NCBI GenBank assembly: GCA_020632095.1
Contig: JACKGF010000001.1
Span: 541,366 to 605,365 of the forward strand
Direction of reading: 5' to 3'
DNA: 64,000 bases
Source of the DNA: Candidatus Nomurabacteria bacterium
GTDB lineage: Bacteria > Patescibacteriota > Minisyncoccia > Phycocordibacterales > UBA918
The notes beneath the pieces were generated by a model, which made no database searches, was not told where the DNA came from, and saw only the letters and a list, made by a program, of their open reading frames with translations. The first letter of the stretch is position 1. Every line of letters starts with the position of its first letter. The position numbers were made by a program, and so were the translations under genes. Positions 1-9,771 of this stretch are shown piece after piece.

Positions 1-683
1 ATATCAGGAATAGTAAATTTGCGCTGGAGGAATGATTGTAAGGCGCTAGTTTCGGTGCGAACACTGAGGAACTTTGGGACCGTGAAGTGAGGCATATATT
101 GACGCCAAAAATTGTGAGAGTTTTTTTGCAAAAAATCTTTGGTAGTGTAGTCTTCTAAAACATGTAATTGGGTTGAACGACCATATTTCTCTCCAGCTTT
201 ATAGGCCACCACAGCCGACTCAAAAGGATCGCGAGCAACGATTAGATCTGGTCTAAAGCCAGAAGCAAATACCAACTGACTTTCAATCATCTCTAGACCA
301 GAGCCTATACACTGCCACCAATGCCTAGTCGAAACCGTATAAATCCAGACATTATCAGAAACTCTGATAACTGGTTTTTTAGGTGGAATACCCTCTCTTA
401 AAATAAGTATATGAACTTCATCGAATAACTCAGAAATATCAACAAAGCCATCGAGTGTTTGTTGGGTAGGATTTAGTAGATTTGTGTCACGAGAGATAAA
501 AAGGACTCTGGTCACATCACGATTTGAAACAGACGAAAATACCCGAGTGTCAGTCATTGCCTGCTCAACCGTAACACTTGGGACTACAGGTTCTTTAGTC
601 CTTTTTTCACGCTTAATAACATACTCCAACTCTGAAGCTGCGTGCGAAGATGCATCACGATGAGAAAGATCACGTCTTACCAT
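1..683 (-). CDS. Glycosyltransferase, GT-B fold (GT4-like N-terminal domain). Partial: C-terminus lies beyond the window start.
   Basis: Own translation of the minus strand from ATG at 683 gives a continuous ORF to position 1. It is adjacent to two intact GT4 genes in the same orientation. Confidence 0.5.
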   Translation of the reverse strand, partial: MVRRDLSHRDASSHAASELEYVIKREKRTKEPVVPSVTVEQAMTDTRVFSSVSNRDVTRVLFISRDTNLLNPTQQTLDGFVDISELFDEVHILILREGIPPKKPVIRVSDNVWIYTVSTRHWWQCIGSGLEMIESQLVFASGFRPDLIVARDPFESAVVAYKAGEKYGRSTQLHVLEDYTTKDFLQKNSHNFWRQYMPHFTVPKFLSVRTETSALQSFLQRKFTIPD

Positions 684-745
684 TACTGGATATTATAACA
701 GGCTTTGTTTAACATCCTTTATCATCTCAACACTAATAGTTTGAT

Positions 746-1879
746 TTATAATGTGTATGAATCTAAAAACCTCTGTAAATATTCGTCTTTAGATAAACTA
801 AAGGATTTGGCTTTTTGGTGGGCATTTTGAGCGTGTTTAGATATGAGTTCGGGGGTGGTGAGGTAGGTTTGTATGGCCGCGGCGTAAGCCGCGGCCTGTC
901 CGACCGGTACCACTAATCCTTGTTGGTTATTTTCAATAAACTCTCCAGCACAACCAACATTTGTAGTGACTACCGCCAACCCAGCGGCGGCCGCTTCTAC
1001 TAACACCATCCCCCACCCTTCATGATTGGAAGATAAGCAAAAAACGTCCACCTCTCTCATAAGACCAGCCACATCATTGGTCCAATCAGTGATTTTTATT
1101 TGTGCTTGCAGTTGGTGTGATTCGATAAATTTTACAATATTATTTTTTTCTGGTCCGTCTCCAGCCAGAGTAAGAGTGGCTTCTTTATGATTAACTGCAA
1201 CTTGTGAAAAAGCTTCCAGTAGTAGACTGAGGTTTTTTTCGGGAGAAAAGCGGCCGACGTAGAGGAAGTGGGTTGGTTGGGCGGAAGCGGCCGCAGGCCG
1301 CTCCCGCCCAACCACCAAAAACTCCTCCAAGTCCGCCTGAATCGGCAATACGAAAATATTAGATGCCTTCACCTCCAAAGCGACCAAAGAATTTTTTATT
1401 CGCTCCGACACTACCCTAATATTCGCTGTGTGCCTCACAACATATCGTCCATACATCACCCGCAATTTCTGGAAAAAATTTCCTTCGCTACAAATCGGAT
1501 TAAAGACATCGCCATGAATCTGTACATGATTAACAGCCTTTCGACCACAAGAAATTAAACGGCCCACCAAACTGGTTTCAAATGGATCTTGGCAAGACAC
1601 AATCCAAGGAGTTGCTTGCTTCTGTTTAGTAATTCGCCTACCAATTTTAACAACCTCAATCATCATACCGATTCGGGTCTTGGCATTGGTACCATACAAG
1701 AAAAGATTGCCATCCTGCTGAAAAGCAGGCAGCTTTTCACTCTCTCTGGTAAAAACAATTACATGATATTCACTCAAAACTGAAGCGTACTGCCCCATAC
1801 GCAATCGCTCACGAGAACCAGCTTCCAGCGCTCGCTTGGCGTAGCCAATGGCAATTAATTTAAGCGATGGACTGGGCAT
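746..1879 (-). CDS. Glycosyltransferase family 1/4
   Basis: 377 aa ORF carrying the GT-B C-terminal motif EGWGMVLVEAAAAGLAVVTT...GLVVP. Confidence 0.8.
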   Translation of the reverse strand: MPSPSLKLIAIGYAKRALEAGSRERLRMGQYASVLSEYHVIVFTRESEKLPAFQQDGNLFLYGTNAKTRIGMMIEVVKIGRRITKQKQATPWIVSCQDPFETSLVGRLISCGRKAVNHVQIHGDVFNPICSEGNFFQKLRVMYGRYVVRHTANIRVVSERIKNSLVALEVKASNIFVLPIQADLEEFLVVGRERPAAASAQPTHFLYVGRFSPEKNLSLLLEAFSQVAVNHKEATLTLAGDGPEKNNIVKFIESHQLQAQIKITDWTNDVAGLMREVDVFCLSSNHEGWGMVLVEAAAAGLAVVTTNVGCAGEFIENNQQGLVVPVGQAAAYAAAIQTYLTTPELISKHAQNAHQKAKSFSLSKDEYLQRFLDSYTL

Positions 1880-2990
1880 ATAATTCTTTTAAAACCGCTT
1901 CGATATCCGTTACTACGACTGACTTATTAAATTCTTTTGAACGTAGTCTGGCTGATTGGGTCATTCTTTCGCGTGACTCTGGATGATTGAGTACCCGTGC
2001 AATTGCCTCTTTGAGTTCAAGCTTGTTGTTGTACTCAACCAAAAATCCATTGACTCCGTCAGTAATCAACTCAGGGTTACCACCGGCCTTAGTGGTCACA
2101 ATCGGCGTACCGATATCCATCACTTCAATTAGTTGGTGAGCCAAACCTTCATAAGCAGTGTTAAGCACAAAAACATCTGCCGCTCTAATAGTCGCCCCTA
2201 ACGCCGCTTTGGATAAGCGTCCAGTGAAACGTACACAAGAGTGTAGATCGTTTTTTGCTACTTGGGCTTCGAGTACCGCTTTATCATTTCCATCACCCAC
2301 AATCACCAGTGAAATCTCTGGATAGTCCTTTCTTAATTCCGCTACCACTTCTATTAAGATTCGAAATCCCTTCCATGGTACCAAACGTCCAACCGAGACT
2401 ATGGTCGGATTAGTGTAGTTTAACTGCACTCGTAAGTCATCACGCAGTCCAGTCACCTCAAGTGGATACAGGGCGCTGTATATTACTTGTATTTTATCTG
2501 GTTGCACTCCCCACTTTTGAATCACTCCTTTCAGATACTTACTCGGTGCAACTACTCTGTTGGCCCGACTAACCACAAAAGATTGCAGCCAGGCTAATAC
2601 TTTAACCGGCAACGGCCAATCTTTCTTATTCTCCAAAAAATCATCGAGCATGTCAGTTACCCCAAATCGCACTCGGCCTTGTTCCCAAGCATAATCACCC
2701 CCCAGACGAATCACAAATGGTTGTCGACGGAGACGTGAAATCAGCAACGCTGGCAAACCAACACTAATCGGGTCAAGGGCATAAATCACATTTGTGTCCT
2801 TACTCGCCTGCCACAACTTCCAAGCATACACACAGTGCCGGATAATTTTCGGATAATGCCTGACCCAACCAAAAGGGACAGCATTGATAGTAATTCCTCG
2901 GTCCGGTAATTCTGATTCCAGCATGGCCGCATAGGTGGCCGGTCCACCCATCTCCGGCGGATAAAGCCCAGCCGCTAACGTAATTTTCAT
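1860..2990 (-). CDS. Glycosyltransferase family 1/4
   Basis: 376 aa ORF with the motif AYEGLAHQLIEVMDIGTPIVTTKAGGNPELI. It overlaps the upstream GT by 20 nt, suggesting an operon. Confidence 0.8.
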   Translation of the reverse strand: MKITLAAGLYPPEMGGPATYAAMLESELPDRGITINAVPFGWVRHYPKIIRHCVYAWKLWQASKDTNVIYALDPISVGLPALLISRLRRQPFVIRLGGDYAWEQGRVRFGVTDMLDDFLENKKDWPLPVKVLAWLQSFVVSRANRVVAPSKYLKGVIQKWGVQPDKIQVIYSALYPLEVTGLRDDLRVQLNYTNPTIVSVGRLVPWKGFRILIEVVAELRKDYPEISLVIVGDGNDKAVLEAQVAKNDLHSCVRFTGRLSKAALGATIRAADVFVLNTAYEGLAHQLIEVMDIGTPIVTTKAGGNPELITDGVNGFLVEYNNKLELKEAIARVLNHPESRERMTQSARLRSKEFNKSVVVTDIEAVLKELYAQSIA

Positions 2991-3076
2991 ATAGTCACTA
3001 TAATAGCATTTTGTTGGAATGTGTTGGTAATAAAATCATTACCAAACCATAACTTAAAAAGCCTTGCTATTTAGAT

Positions 3077-3103
3077 CTCTCCGAAGGGTGGCCCTTCGGA
3101 GAG
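3077..3103. repeat. REP-like perfect palindrome CTCTCCGAAGGGTGGCCCTTCGGAGAG
   Basis: GC-rich hairpin of 27 nt. Near-identical copies occur at 4069, 29017 and 29724, and a variant at 5899. Confidence 0.7.
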
Positions 3104-3223
3104 TTTTTGCGATTTGATATCGCATATCATTATCTTTCGAGATCCTTATCAGTGCGTCTACCGTCGCAAATTTTTTAGAAGAGTTTTTTCTGCCTAGGAA
3201 AGGCCTAGGCAAAACATTATTAA

Positions 3224-3976
3224 CTACTTTACAGAATACGTATCAAGATCAATGTTATTAAAATCAATCAGCTTTTTACTCTCTAGGTCATAATGAGCAT
3301 TTTGGTAAGGATTCTCATCCCAATTCAACCTAAAAGGATTAAGATTATAGAGATAAATCATTCCCTTGAGAGGGCGCCCTGGATAGCAGAACAAAACCCA
3401 CTTTTGTTGATTCTCTATATATTCATTTGGCAGTTTTATCTGACCTTTTGAAGCCAGATAACACATCAGAAATTCTTCAAGGAAGAAATTTATCTGATTA
3501 TCTTCCATCACTCGGCCATAAACTTCACAATCCTCATTTACGTACTTTTGAAAAAGAGAGTCGTTGGAGTAAATCTTTTTTACAGAATCAAACTTTTCGG
3601 AAAAATCTGTAGTGCCCACATACAACTGATTCCATACCAGATAATTAAAGGCGTGTTGAATCTGGAATTCAATATGATTTTTCGCTAGAGTTTTTTGAAT
3701 TGAATTTTTATGATTAATAACCTGACTCATAAATGACTGCTTAAGCTCTGGGGCTGATTTGTTTGAGTACAAGTATAAAAAATCGGAATATATAAAATTT
3801 AAGCCAATCAGCGGTTTCGTGATTTTTTTAGGAGAAAAAATCCTGATATCCTCTAGACAGTTCTGAGCATTCTGACGATTATCCAACTTATTCATAGACA
3901 GACCAAATAAAAGCAAACCCTTTTCAGCCGGAAGCTTATTTATGTCAAAAAATGTATTTTTATCTAAAATTGCCAT
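3224..3976 (-). CDS. Hypothetical protein, AT-rich, flanked by REP palindromes
   Basis: 250 aa ORF with no recognisable motif. Its GC is clearly lower than the flanking GT genes. REP copies lie on both sides. Confidence 0.5.
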   Translation of the reverse strand: MAILDKNTFFDINKLPAEKGLLLFGLSMNKLDNRQNAQNCLEDIRIFSPKKITKPLIGLNFIYSDFLYLYSNKSAPELKQSFMSQVINHKNSIQKTLAKNHIEFQIQHAFNYLVWNQLYVGTTDFSEKFDSVKKIYSNDSLFQKYVNEDCEVYGRVMEDNQINFFLEEFLMCYLASKGQIKLPNEYIENQQKWVLFCYPGRPLKGMIYLYNLNPFRLNWDENPYQNAHYDLESKKLIDFNNIDLDTYSVK

Positions 3977-4068
3977 TGGTTTAGCATTATATCAGATATG
4001 ACTATTGAACACATTTACTGAAACACTGCAATTACCAAGAGCAGGTAAATTTACTTTCCGAAGTTTGT

Positions 4069-4094
4069 TCTCCGAAGGGTGGCCCTTCGGAGAG
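4069..4094. repeat. REP-like palindrome copy
   Basis: Sequence TCTCCGAAGGGTGGCCCTTCGGAGAG. Confidence 0.7.
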
Positions 4095-4114
4095 TGAACT
4101 TCAACCAGCCTACA

Positions 4115-5143
4115 CTACCTCTCCTCCTTCAAAATACTCATCACGCGCTCTGCTAGCTTGGTGGAGTCGTGTCTAATCAGACTACGTTTTAGAACATCAC
4201 CTTTGACGGTCTTTACGGCTTCGGTGGCCAGTAGGTCTTCAGCAATTACCAGACATTCACTGCCTTGGTAATCATTTACCACTGGAAATTCGTTGTCTTC
4301 AGCATATCTAGCCAGCAGGTCAGCTGGGAAAGTACCAGTATTGACCAACACTACGTCTGGTGCCCGCCCGACGTAACGAAAAATTTGCTTAATGTGTTCT
4401 GACACACCCATACTGGTTGTTTGTCCAAAGCGTGTCATCAGGTTACACACGTACACTAGCTTAGCATCAGAATTTTCAATTATTTCTGCCACCCCATCCA
4501 CCACACAATTAGCGAGTACACTGGTGAACAAATCACCAGGACCAAGCACTATTAAATCTGCATTACTGAGAGTCGACTCGGCTGATTCGCTTAGTCTGGC
4601 CCGTGGCGTCACAAAAAGCTTAGTGATTGTATGCTGAGCTCGTTCTTCACTTGGCTCATCAATTTCATGCTCACCTACTACTTCCGATCCGTCGCTATAA
4701 GTAGCGACTAAATCTACCTTTTCAGTTGTCACTGGTACCACATTACCGCGTACTCGCAGCACTCGTGCCGCCGCCTTGATTGCTACTTCTTCCGAACCAA
4801 GAATATCGGTTAGTGCGACTAACAAAAGATTGCCAAAATTATGCCCACACAAACCTTCACCTTTATCAAATCTGTACAAAAATAATTCTCGTAATAATTC
4901 CTGATGTTCACTGTCGTCACCAGCCAAAGCCACCAACGCCCGTCGCACATCTCCGACCGGCAAAAACCCAAACTCGTCCCGCAGGCGACCAGTCGAACCG
5001 CCCGAATCGGCCATCGTCACCACGGCCGAAATATCAATTTCCTTCTGAAATTTCTTCAGTCCACTAAGTAGATTGTACGTCCCTGTACCCCCACCAATCA
5101 CCACCACCCGTTGTTTTTCCATTACCAAAGTATAACTCAACAA
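4115..5143 (-). CDS. yvcK: YvcK/CofD-like protein (UPF0052, gluconeogenesis factor family)
   Basis: N-terminal VVVIGGGTGTYNLLSGLKK and SGGSTGRLRDEFG motifs typical of the YvcK/CofD family. Confidence 0.7.
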   Translation of the reverse strand: MLSYTLVMEKQRVVVIGGGTGTYNLLSGLKKFQKEIDISAVVTMADSGGSTGRLRDEFGFLPVGDVRRALVALAGDDSEHQELLRELFLYRFDKGEGLCGHNFGNLLLVALTDILGSEEVAIKAAARVLRVRGNVVPVTTEKVDLVATYSDGSEVVGEHEIDEPSEERAQHTITKLFVTPRARLSESAESTLSNADLIVLGPGDLFTSVLANCVVDGVAEIIENSDAKLVYVCNLMTRFGQTTSMGVSEHIKQIFRYVGRAPDVVLVNTGTFPADLLARYAEDNEFPVVNDYQGSECLVIAEDLLATEAVKTVKGDVLKRSLIRHDSTKLAERVMSILKEER

Positions 5144-5267
5144 AAGACAATTGAGTTATCAAATTTAACAAGGGTAACCCTCGGCATTCTTTTTTTACCA
5201 AGGAAAGGCTTAGGCAGAAACTAAAACTTCCGAAGTTTATGAGGTTTCGGGAGTTTAGGTTCGGAGT

Positions 5268-5528
5268 TTAGGTGTGTTTTTGAATGAGGGAGGAGACAAA
5301 AGTTTGGTATGGAATTCCTTCGCGCGCGGCAGCTGCTTTGAGTCGCATTAAATTACGCTCAGATACACGAACTGTTATAGTTTTATTTTTAGCATTGGTG
5401 TTTTTAGCAATCTGTTTTAAGCGAGCTATCTCCTTTTCACTTATTGGGCGCATAGAATTCCAGTCAACTGTATTATGCATTGCCTGTTCTTCTGTAGTTA
5501 AATTGAAGTTGTGTTTAATTTTTGTCAT
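5268..5528 (-). CDS. brnA: BrnA antitoxin (CopG/RHH-like, COG3514)
   Basis: 86 aa. C-terminal ITVRVSERNLMRLKAAAAREGIPYQTFVSSLI matches the BrnA pattern. It overlaps brnT by 14 nt. Confidence 0.6.
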   Translation of the reverse strand: MTKIKHNFNLTTEEQAMHNTVDWNSMRPISEKEIARLKQIAKNTNAKNKTITVRVSERNLMRLKAAAAREGIPYQTFVSSLIQKHT

Positions 5529-5796
5529 AGTTACTTTTTAGGTATTTTTTGGTCGCTTCATGGGACGGATGTGCTGTCTTGAAAAAAATCTTTTCATCAT
5601 CTTCTACATACGGCACTTCATATACATACTCATCTATTAAAATTAGAAAAACTCGTTGATGTTCGTACGGTGGGTGATTGGTTACATCCCCTACCACCTG
5701 ACCGTTTTCTATACATTCTTTGATATATTCAAACGAAATACCCCGCTCGCGCATGAGCCACTCATTCTTCTCGTCGTCCCAGTCAAAATACTTCAT
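5515..5796 (-). CDS. brnT: BrnT toxin (DUF497, COG2929)
   Basis: 93 aa. N-terminal MKYFDWDDEKNEWLMRERGISFEY matches the BrnT FEWDxxKxxxNxxKHGVSFEEA pattern. It lies upstream of and overlapping brnA. Confidence 0.6.
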   Translation of the reverse strand: MKYFDWDDEKNEWLMRERGISFEYIKECIENGQVVGDVTNHPPYEHQRVFLILIDEYVYEVPYVEDDEKIFFKTAHPSHEATKKYLKSNYDKN

Positions 5797-5898
5797 GCGT
5801 TGTTATTATGATATACAATGTATATCAAGTTGTCAATCTAACTTAGAACCCGTCAGGCACACGGGGTACACCCTAAAGACATCCGTTGGCGAAATAAA

Positions 5899-5923
5899 CT
5901 TCCGAAGGTCCGCCCTTCGGCGC
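5899..5923. repeat. REP-like variant hairpin CTTCCGAAGGTCCGCCCTTCGGCG
   Basis: Shares the CCGAAGG...CCTTCGG stem with the REP family. It sits upstream of brnT. Confidence 0.4.
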
Positions 5924-5944
5924 TTTGGGGCCAACTGGGCAGAG

Positions 5945-6343
5945 TTATGCTTTTAAGCGTCGTCTCATAATCACAATAAAAGGTAATGTAATAACTGCCA
6001 ATATAACCATTCCTCCGAACACAATTTGACTACGGTCTACAGCAAGAACATTTGAAGACAAAACGGGAGTATTGGCAGTAATTATTAAAAGACCCAGACC
6101 ATACCACCAAGCTATTCTTTTAAGCCACAATTTAAAGATTACCTCTGGGAAAAAGAGAAAGATAAATGAAAACAAAACCATTACCAAAGCAAACGCCCCA
6201 ATAGGCTTGACCACACCAACAATTGTCTCAACCCCAAAACCATGATCAACACACAGCATCAGAAAAAGATATCCTGCCAAGGTTAACAGGGATAATATTA
6301 AAGTTATGAATGGTAACCTTTTAAACGATAAATGATTTTTCAT
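5945..6343 (-). CDS. Hypothetical integral membrane protein
   Basis: 132 aa with four hydrophobic segments. Confidence 0.45.
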   Translation of the reverse strand: MKNHLSFKRLPFITLILSLLTLAGYLFLMLCVDHGFGVETIVGVVKPIGAFALVMVLFSFIFLFFPEVIFKLWLKRIAWWYGLGLLIITANTPVLSSNVLAVDRSQIVFGGMVILAVITLPFIVIMRRRLKA

Positions 6344-6348
6344 ATAAT

Positions 6349-8910
6349 TTATTTATTATTTAGCAACGCTTTAATATGTTCTTGTAAAATATCTCCTTCC
6401 CCTACATCAATCCATCCTTTTCTACTATACAAAGTAACTAGCTTACTAAGTTTTTCTAGTACTTTATTGGATAGATTAGTAAATGCCTGGTGTTTTTTAG
6501 CTTTATTTGAGAACTTTTCAGCAAGATTAACTAGTAACAAAAGACCTTTTTCCTTTTGTCTGGACAAGCTGAGTGATTTTATGTCTGACCGTAAAGTATC
6601 AAAAGTGACTTCGTCTTCAGTTTCTTCGACTAATTCTCCATCGAGAGTGGTGACAAAATCAATTTCTCCATCACCATCGATATCAGTTTTGAGTTGAGTG
6701 TAAGCACCTCCTATTCTTGAAAATGATGCGACGAGGTTTGGGGTCGTCACCGCATTAACCAACTCACTAACCACTACCTGATCATCATCTTTTGTTAAAG
6801 TGGCAATTGTTAGCGTATAACCCCCATAATCTTCCCCGTAAAGAGTAACCTTAGCATCAATATTTTTGGGTACAATTAGATATTTGGTGCCAGCAAACTC
6901 AAAATATTGGCTATTAGGAATCTCCTGCAAAATAACTTTTTTACCATCCTTCACAATTACCCCTGTCTGATTACCTTCACTATCTTCTTCTAACACTCTA
7001 ACCGGAGAATCAATCGATGTAATTTCGTATTCAGTGGTAAAATTTGGCTTATTTCTTGAAAAGTACTCTATCGGGGTAGAGGTACCCGTTATTACATTTT
7101 TAACAAAAGACTGCACTTGTTCTGTTTCAGTAAAGTTTGCATGTTGATTTGAAGCGAATGGATTAATTAAGTGCAAGTTATAATCCTCAAAATCAAAATA
7201 ATACTTCTCTCCCGGCACATCTTCGGCCGACAACGCTGTCACCGTCTCGTCTCCGTACTGAGTAAAGTGAGCGTAAGGTCTAAGAATATTTTTTGCTTCA
7301 CTACACACTGGCATTCCACCAGCTGCACCAGGGACACAGGTGGCACTCTCGACCACATTACGATACTCAATCGCTTTAATCGTACTAAGTCCAACCCCGA
7401 CCACATCGTAAACAACAATACCGTTCGGAGCACTCCAGTTATCTAGAACATTATTATGAAGGTTTATTGACTCTTCCAAAATACTCTTATTTGCTGTATA
7501 CGGAGAACTGATATTGTTATTGTCATCAACCCGACCGTCTGCACCCTCTAAAAATAACTTGTAGTTATTTGCGTCTGAAATTATGCTTCCATAAACATCA
7601 ATAAAAGATTGTGTCTTTTCTCCTTCAGAAAAAGTAATAATCGGTTCAGCTGTATTAGCGATATATTTTTCACTCGGCAATAATCCATAAGCACCAGGCA
7701 TGTTTTTAATAACATTTCTAGTAACAACATCATCAATAACAATTCCACCTAATCTTTGTTGGTCATAACCATGCAGAATAGTCCCAATGGCTTTTGGCGT
7801 CCCGAGATGTGGTGTGCCAATAAAAACAACCTTATCTACCAAATGCTCTAGTCCGAATCTTTCTAATTCTGTAATCAAGACCTTTGCCAACAAACCACCA
7901 TTTGAATGCCCTACAATCGTAACCTGTCCTGACAAAGAACCTTGAGCCAATGATTCAACTTCATCAATCAAGCTCTTTAGCTCATTTTTATACCGGGTAC
8001 CACTATAAACTATATCTTGTACACTGTACCGCCAATCATAAGCGAAGGCAGAGTAGTCTTTTATAATCCCATCTTCCTCCAAGCCTTCCAGCATATTAAG
8101 AAAACCTTTGTAAATATTCCCTTGGAAGATTGGTAGTATATTTACCTCGTCAATTACATCCTCAGTGTATATACTATTTACACTATAACCTGAATCAGTA
8201 AATTCAAGCTGTTCGACATCTGAACTTATATTTGGTTCCCAAACCTGATCTTCAGTTCCAAAGGCTCCTTCTGTATATAGTCTACTCGCTTGAATCCCCG
8301 GCAAAAACAACACGCTCGAAGCTCCAGTTGGAACCGGACTTTCATACTCAACCGTAAACGGGATAGCTACCACGTCGGCATAATCTGGAGAGTAGGCCAA
8401 GGCGGTCAGAGGCAGAAAGACACTTTTTAACCATTGTCTCCAGAGCGGTTCGCTAGATGACAGTATCGGGGGTGACTCATACAGCAAAACCGCTACGTAC
8501 TCCCCTTCAGACAAAGGTGACAGTTCGAAGTTATTATTATGGACAGCTGCAACTTGGCGGTAATCTTCCCCTTCTTGTTTATATATTTGCAAAGGCTGTG
8601 CAGAGAAGTTGCCAGGCCTATCTATGTGAAAAGCACCTGACACCGACTCAGCTTCGGGTACAATGATAACTGAATTTTCAGTTATCATTTGCCCATTAAT
8701 GGTTAGTTCATAGGTAAATGGAGCTGGGTCATCAGCATTGAATGGATTGTTGCAATTTTCGATGGGGTCTCTTTCATCGACCGGACCTTCCCCGTAATCA
8801 TATTCAGTAATAAAGTCACCACAGCTGGCGTGAGTGTATGAAACTAAACTTAAGAAGAAAAATATTGGTACTAGATATTTTATAAATGAATGGGCTGATA
8901 CAAATATCAT
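6349..8910 (-). CDS. Large secreted alpha/beta-hydrolase (lipase/esterase-like) protein
   Basis: 853 aa with an N-terminal signal/lipobox-like sequence (LVSYTHASC). It has the GHSNGG nucleophile-elbow motif (VTIVGHSNGGLLAKVL) and a C-terminal DIDGDGEIDF calcium-binding/dockerin-like motif. Confidence 0.6.
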   Translation of the reverse strand: MIFVSAHSFIKYLVPIFFFLSLVSYTHASCGDFITEYDYGEGPVDERDPIENCNNPFNADDPAPFTYELTINGQMITENSVIIVPEAESVSGAFHIDRPGNFSAQPLQIYKQEGEDYRQVAAVHNNNFELSPLSEGEYVAVLLYESPPILSSSEPLWRQWLKSVFLPLTALAYSPDYADVVAIPFTVEYESPVPTGASSVLFLPGIQASRLYTEGAFGTEDQVWEPNISSDVEQLEFTDSGYSVNSIYTEDVIDEVNILPIFQGNIYKGFLNMLEGLEEDGIIKDYSAFAYDWRYSVQDIVYSGTRYKNELKSLIDEVESLAQGSLSGQVTIVGHSNGGLLAKVLITELERFGLEHLVDKVVFIGTPHLGTPKAIGTILHGYDQQRLGGIVIDDVVTRNVIKNMPGAYGLLPSEKYIANTAEPIITFSEGEKTQSFIDVYGSIISDANNYKLFLEGADGRVDDNNNISSPYTANKSILEESINLHNNVLDNWSAPNGIVVYDVVGVGLSTIKAIEYRNVVESATCVPGAAGGMPVCSEAKNILRPYAHFTQYGDETVTALSAEDVPGEKYYFDFEDYNLHLINPFASNQHANFTETEQVQSFVKNVITGTSTPIEYFSRNKPNFTTEYEITSIDSPVRVLEEDSEGNQTGVIVKDGKKVILQEIPNSQYFEFAGTKYLIVPKNIDAKVTLYGEDYGGYTLTIATLTKDDDQVVVSELVNAVTTPNLVASFSRIGGAYTQLKTDIDGDGEIDFVTTLDGELVEETEDEVTFDTLRSDIKSLSLSRQKEKGLLLLVNLAEKFSNKAKKHQAFTNLSNKVLEKLSKLVTLYSRKGWIDVGEGDILQEHIKALLNNK

Positions 8911-8920
8911 AAATTGGGAA

Positions 8921-9073
8921 TTAGGTTGTGGAGACTCCGGTGATTAGAATTATTACTAGAACAGTAGCTACTACCGCCACAAAGCTGAAGAGGAATTTAT
9001 AGAAAGTCTTGTTTAGGAGTTTAGAGTTTTCTCCGTTTGGACGTGGAGGGATTTGGGGTGACCATTGACTCAT
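8921..9073 (-). CDS. Possible 50 aa membrane peptide (MSQWSPQIPPRPNGENSKLLNKTFYKFLFSFVAVVATVLVIILITGVSTT)
   Basis: Own translation. It is below the ORF-track cutoff. Its stop lies 11 nt upstream of the lipase gene start. It has a C-terminal TM helix but no clear SD. Confidence 0.3.
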   Translation of the reverse strand: MSQWSPQIPPRPNGENSKLLNKTFYKFLFSFVAVVATVLVIILITGVSTT

Positions 9074-9220
9074 ATTGGTCAGTATAGCAGAAAGAGTCAC
9101 CAGTTTTCAAAAATAACCACAGCTACCAAGGGTAACCCTAGGCATTCTTTTTACCTAGGAAAGGCCTAGGTGGAGATTAGTTGAGGGAATTATTGGGATG
9201 GGGTAAGCTATAATTCTGAT

Positions 9221-9766
9221 ATGAAATTACTAATCGTTACACCCCTCTTCCCTCCTGACACTACAGATTCTGCTAAACATGTTAAAGAATTGTCTGCCAG
9301 ACTAAGTAAAGATGGTGTGACAGTGCTTTTATATGGTCATTTGCCGGAAAAATCACCAACCATAAATTATGTTTGTGTCGATAAAAGACAAAGCTTGTTG
9401 GATCGTGTTTTTAAATTTACACAAAGCTTTATCCAAGAATCAAAACAAGCTAATGCTATTATTTTGCAAAACGGGCCTTCAGTAGAGTTGCCGGCTCTAC
9501 TTGCCTCATTGTTTACCAAGGCACCAATTATTTTTATGTTGAGCGACACACCCGCTTTACTACGAACCAAAAAACATTGGCCGGCTAAAATAATTCATTC
9601 CTTATTACGCCAGAGGTGTGCCCATATTTTAGATAAAAAAAACATTAGCAGTTGGCCCCCACCAAAACCAATCATCCACCCCCTTAAACCCTATCCTGAA
9701 TCAGCCATGAAAGAATTTGAAAAAAAGTGGAATGAATATTTAACATTAATTCGCCAACTTTTTTAA
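9221..9766 (+). CDS. Hypothetical protein resembling a stand-alone GT-B N-terminal domain
   Basis: 181 aa. MKLLIVTPLFPPD...VLLYGH resembles the Glyco_trans_4-like N-domain. There is no catalytic C-domain. Confidence 0.4.
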   Translation: MKLLIVTPLFPPDTTDSAKHVKELSARLSKDGVTVLLYGHLPEKSPTINYVCVDKRQSLLDRVFKFTQSFIQESKQANAIILQNGPSVELPALLASLFTKAPIIFMLSDTPALLRTKKHWPAKIIHSLLRQRCAHILDKKNISSWPPPKPIIHPLKPYPESAMKEFEKKWNEYLTLIRQLF

Positions 9767-9771
9767 GGATT

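Noticed and set aside
1268-1783. Plus-strand ORFs (96 and 64 aa) inside the GT gene 746-1879
   Set aside because: These are antisense shadow frames of a well-supported glycosyltransferase.
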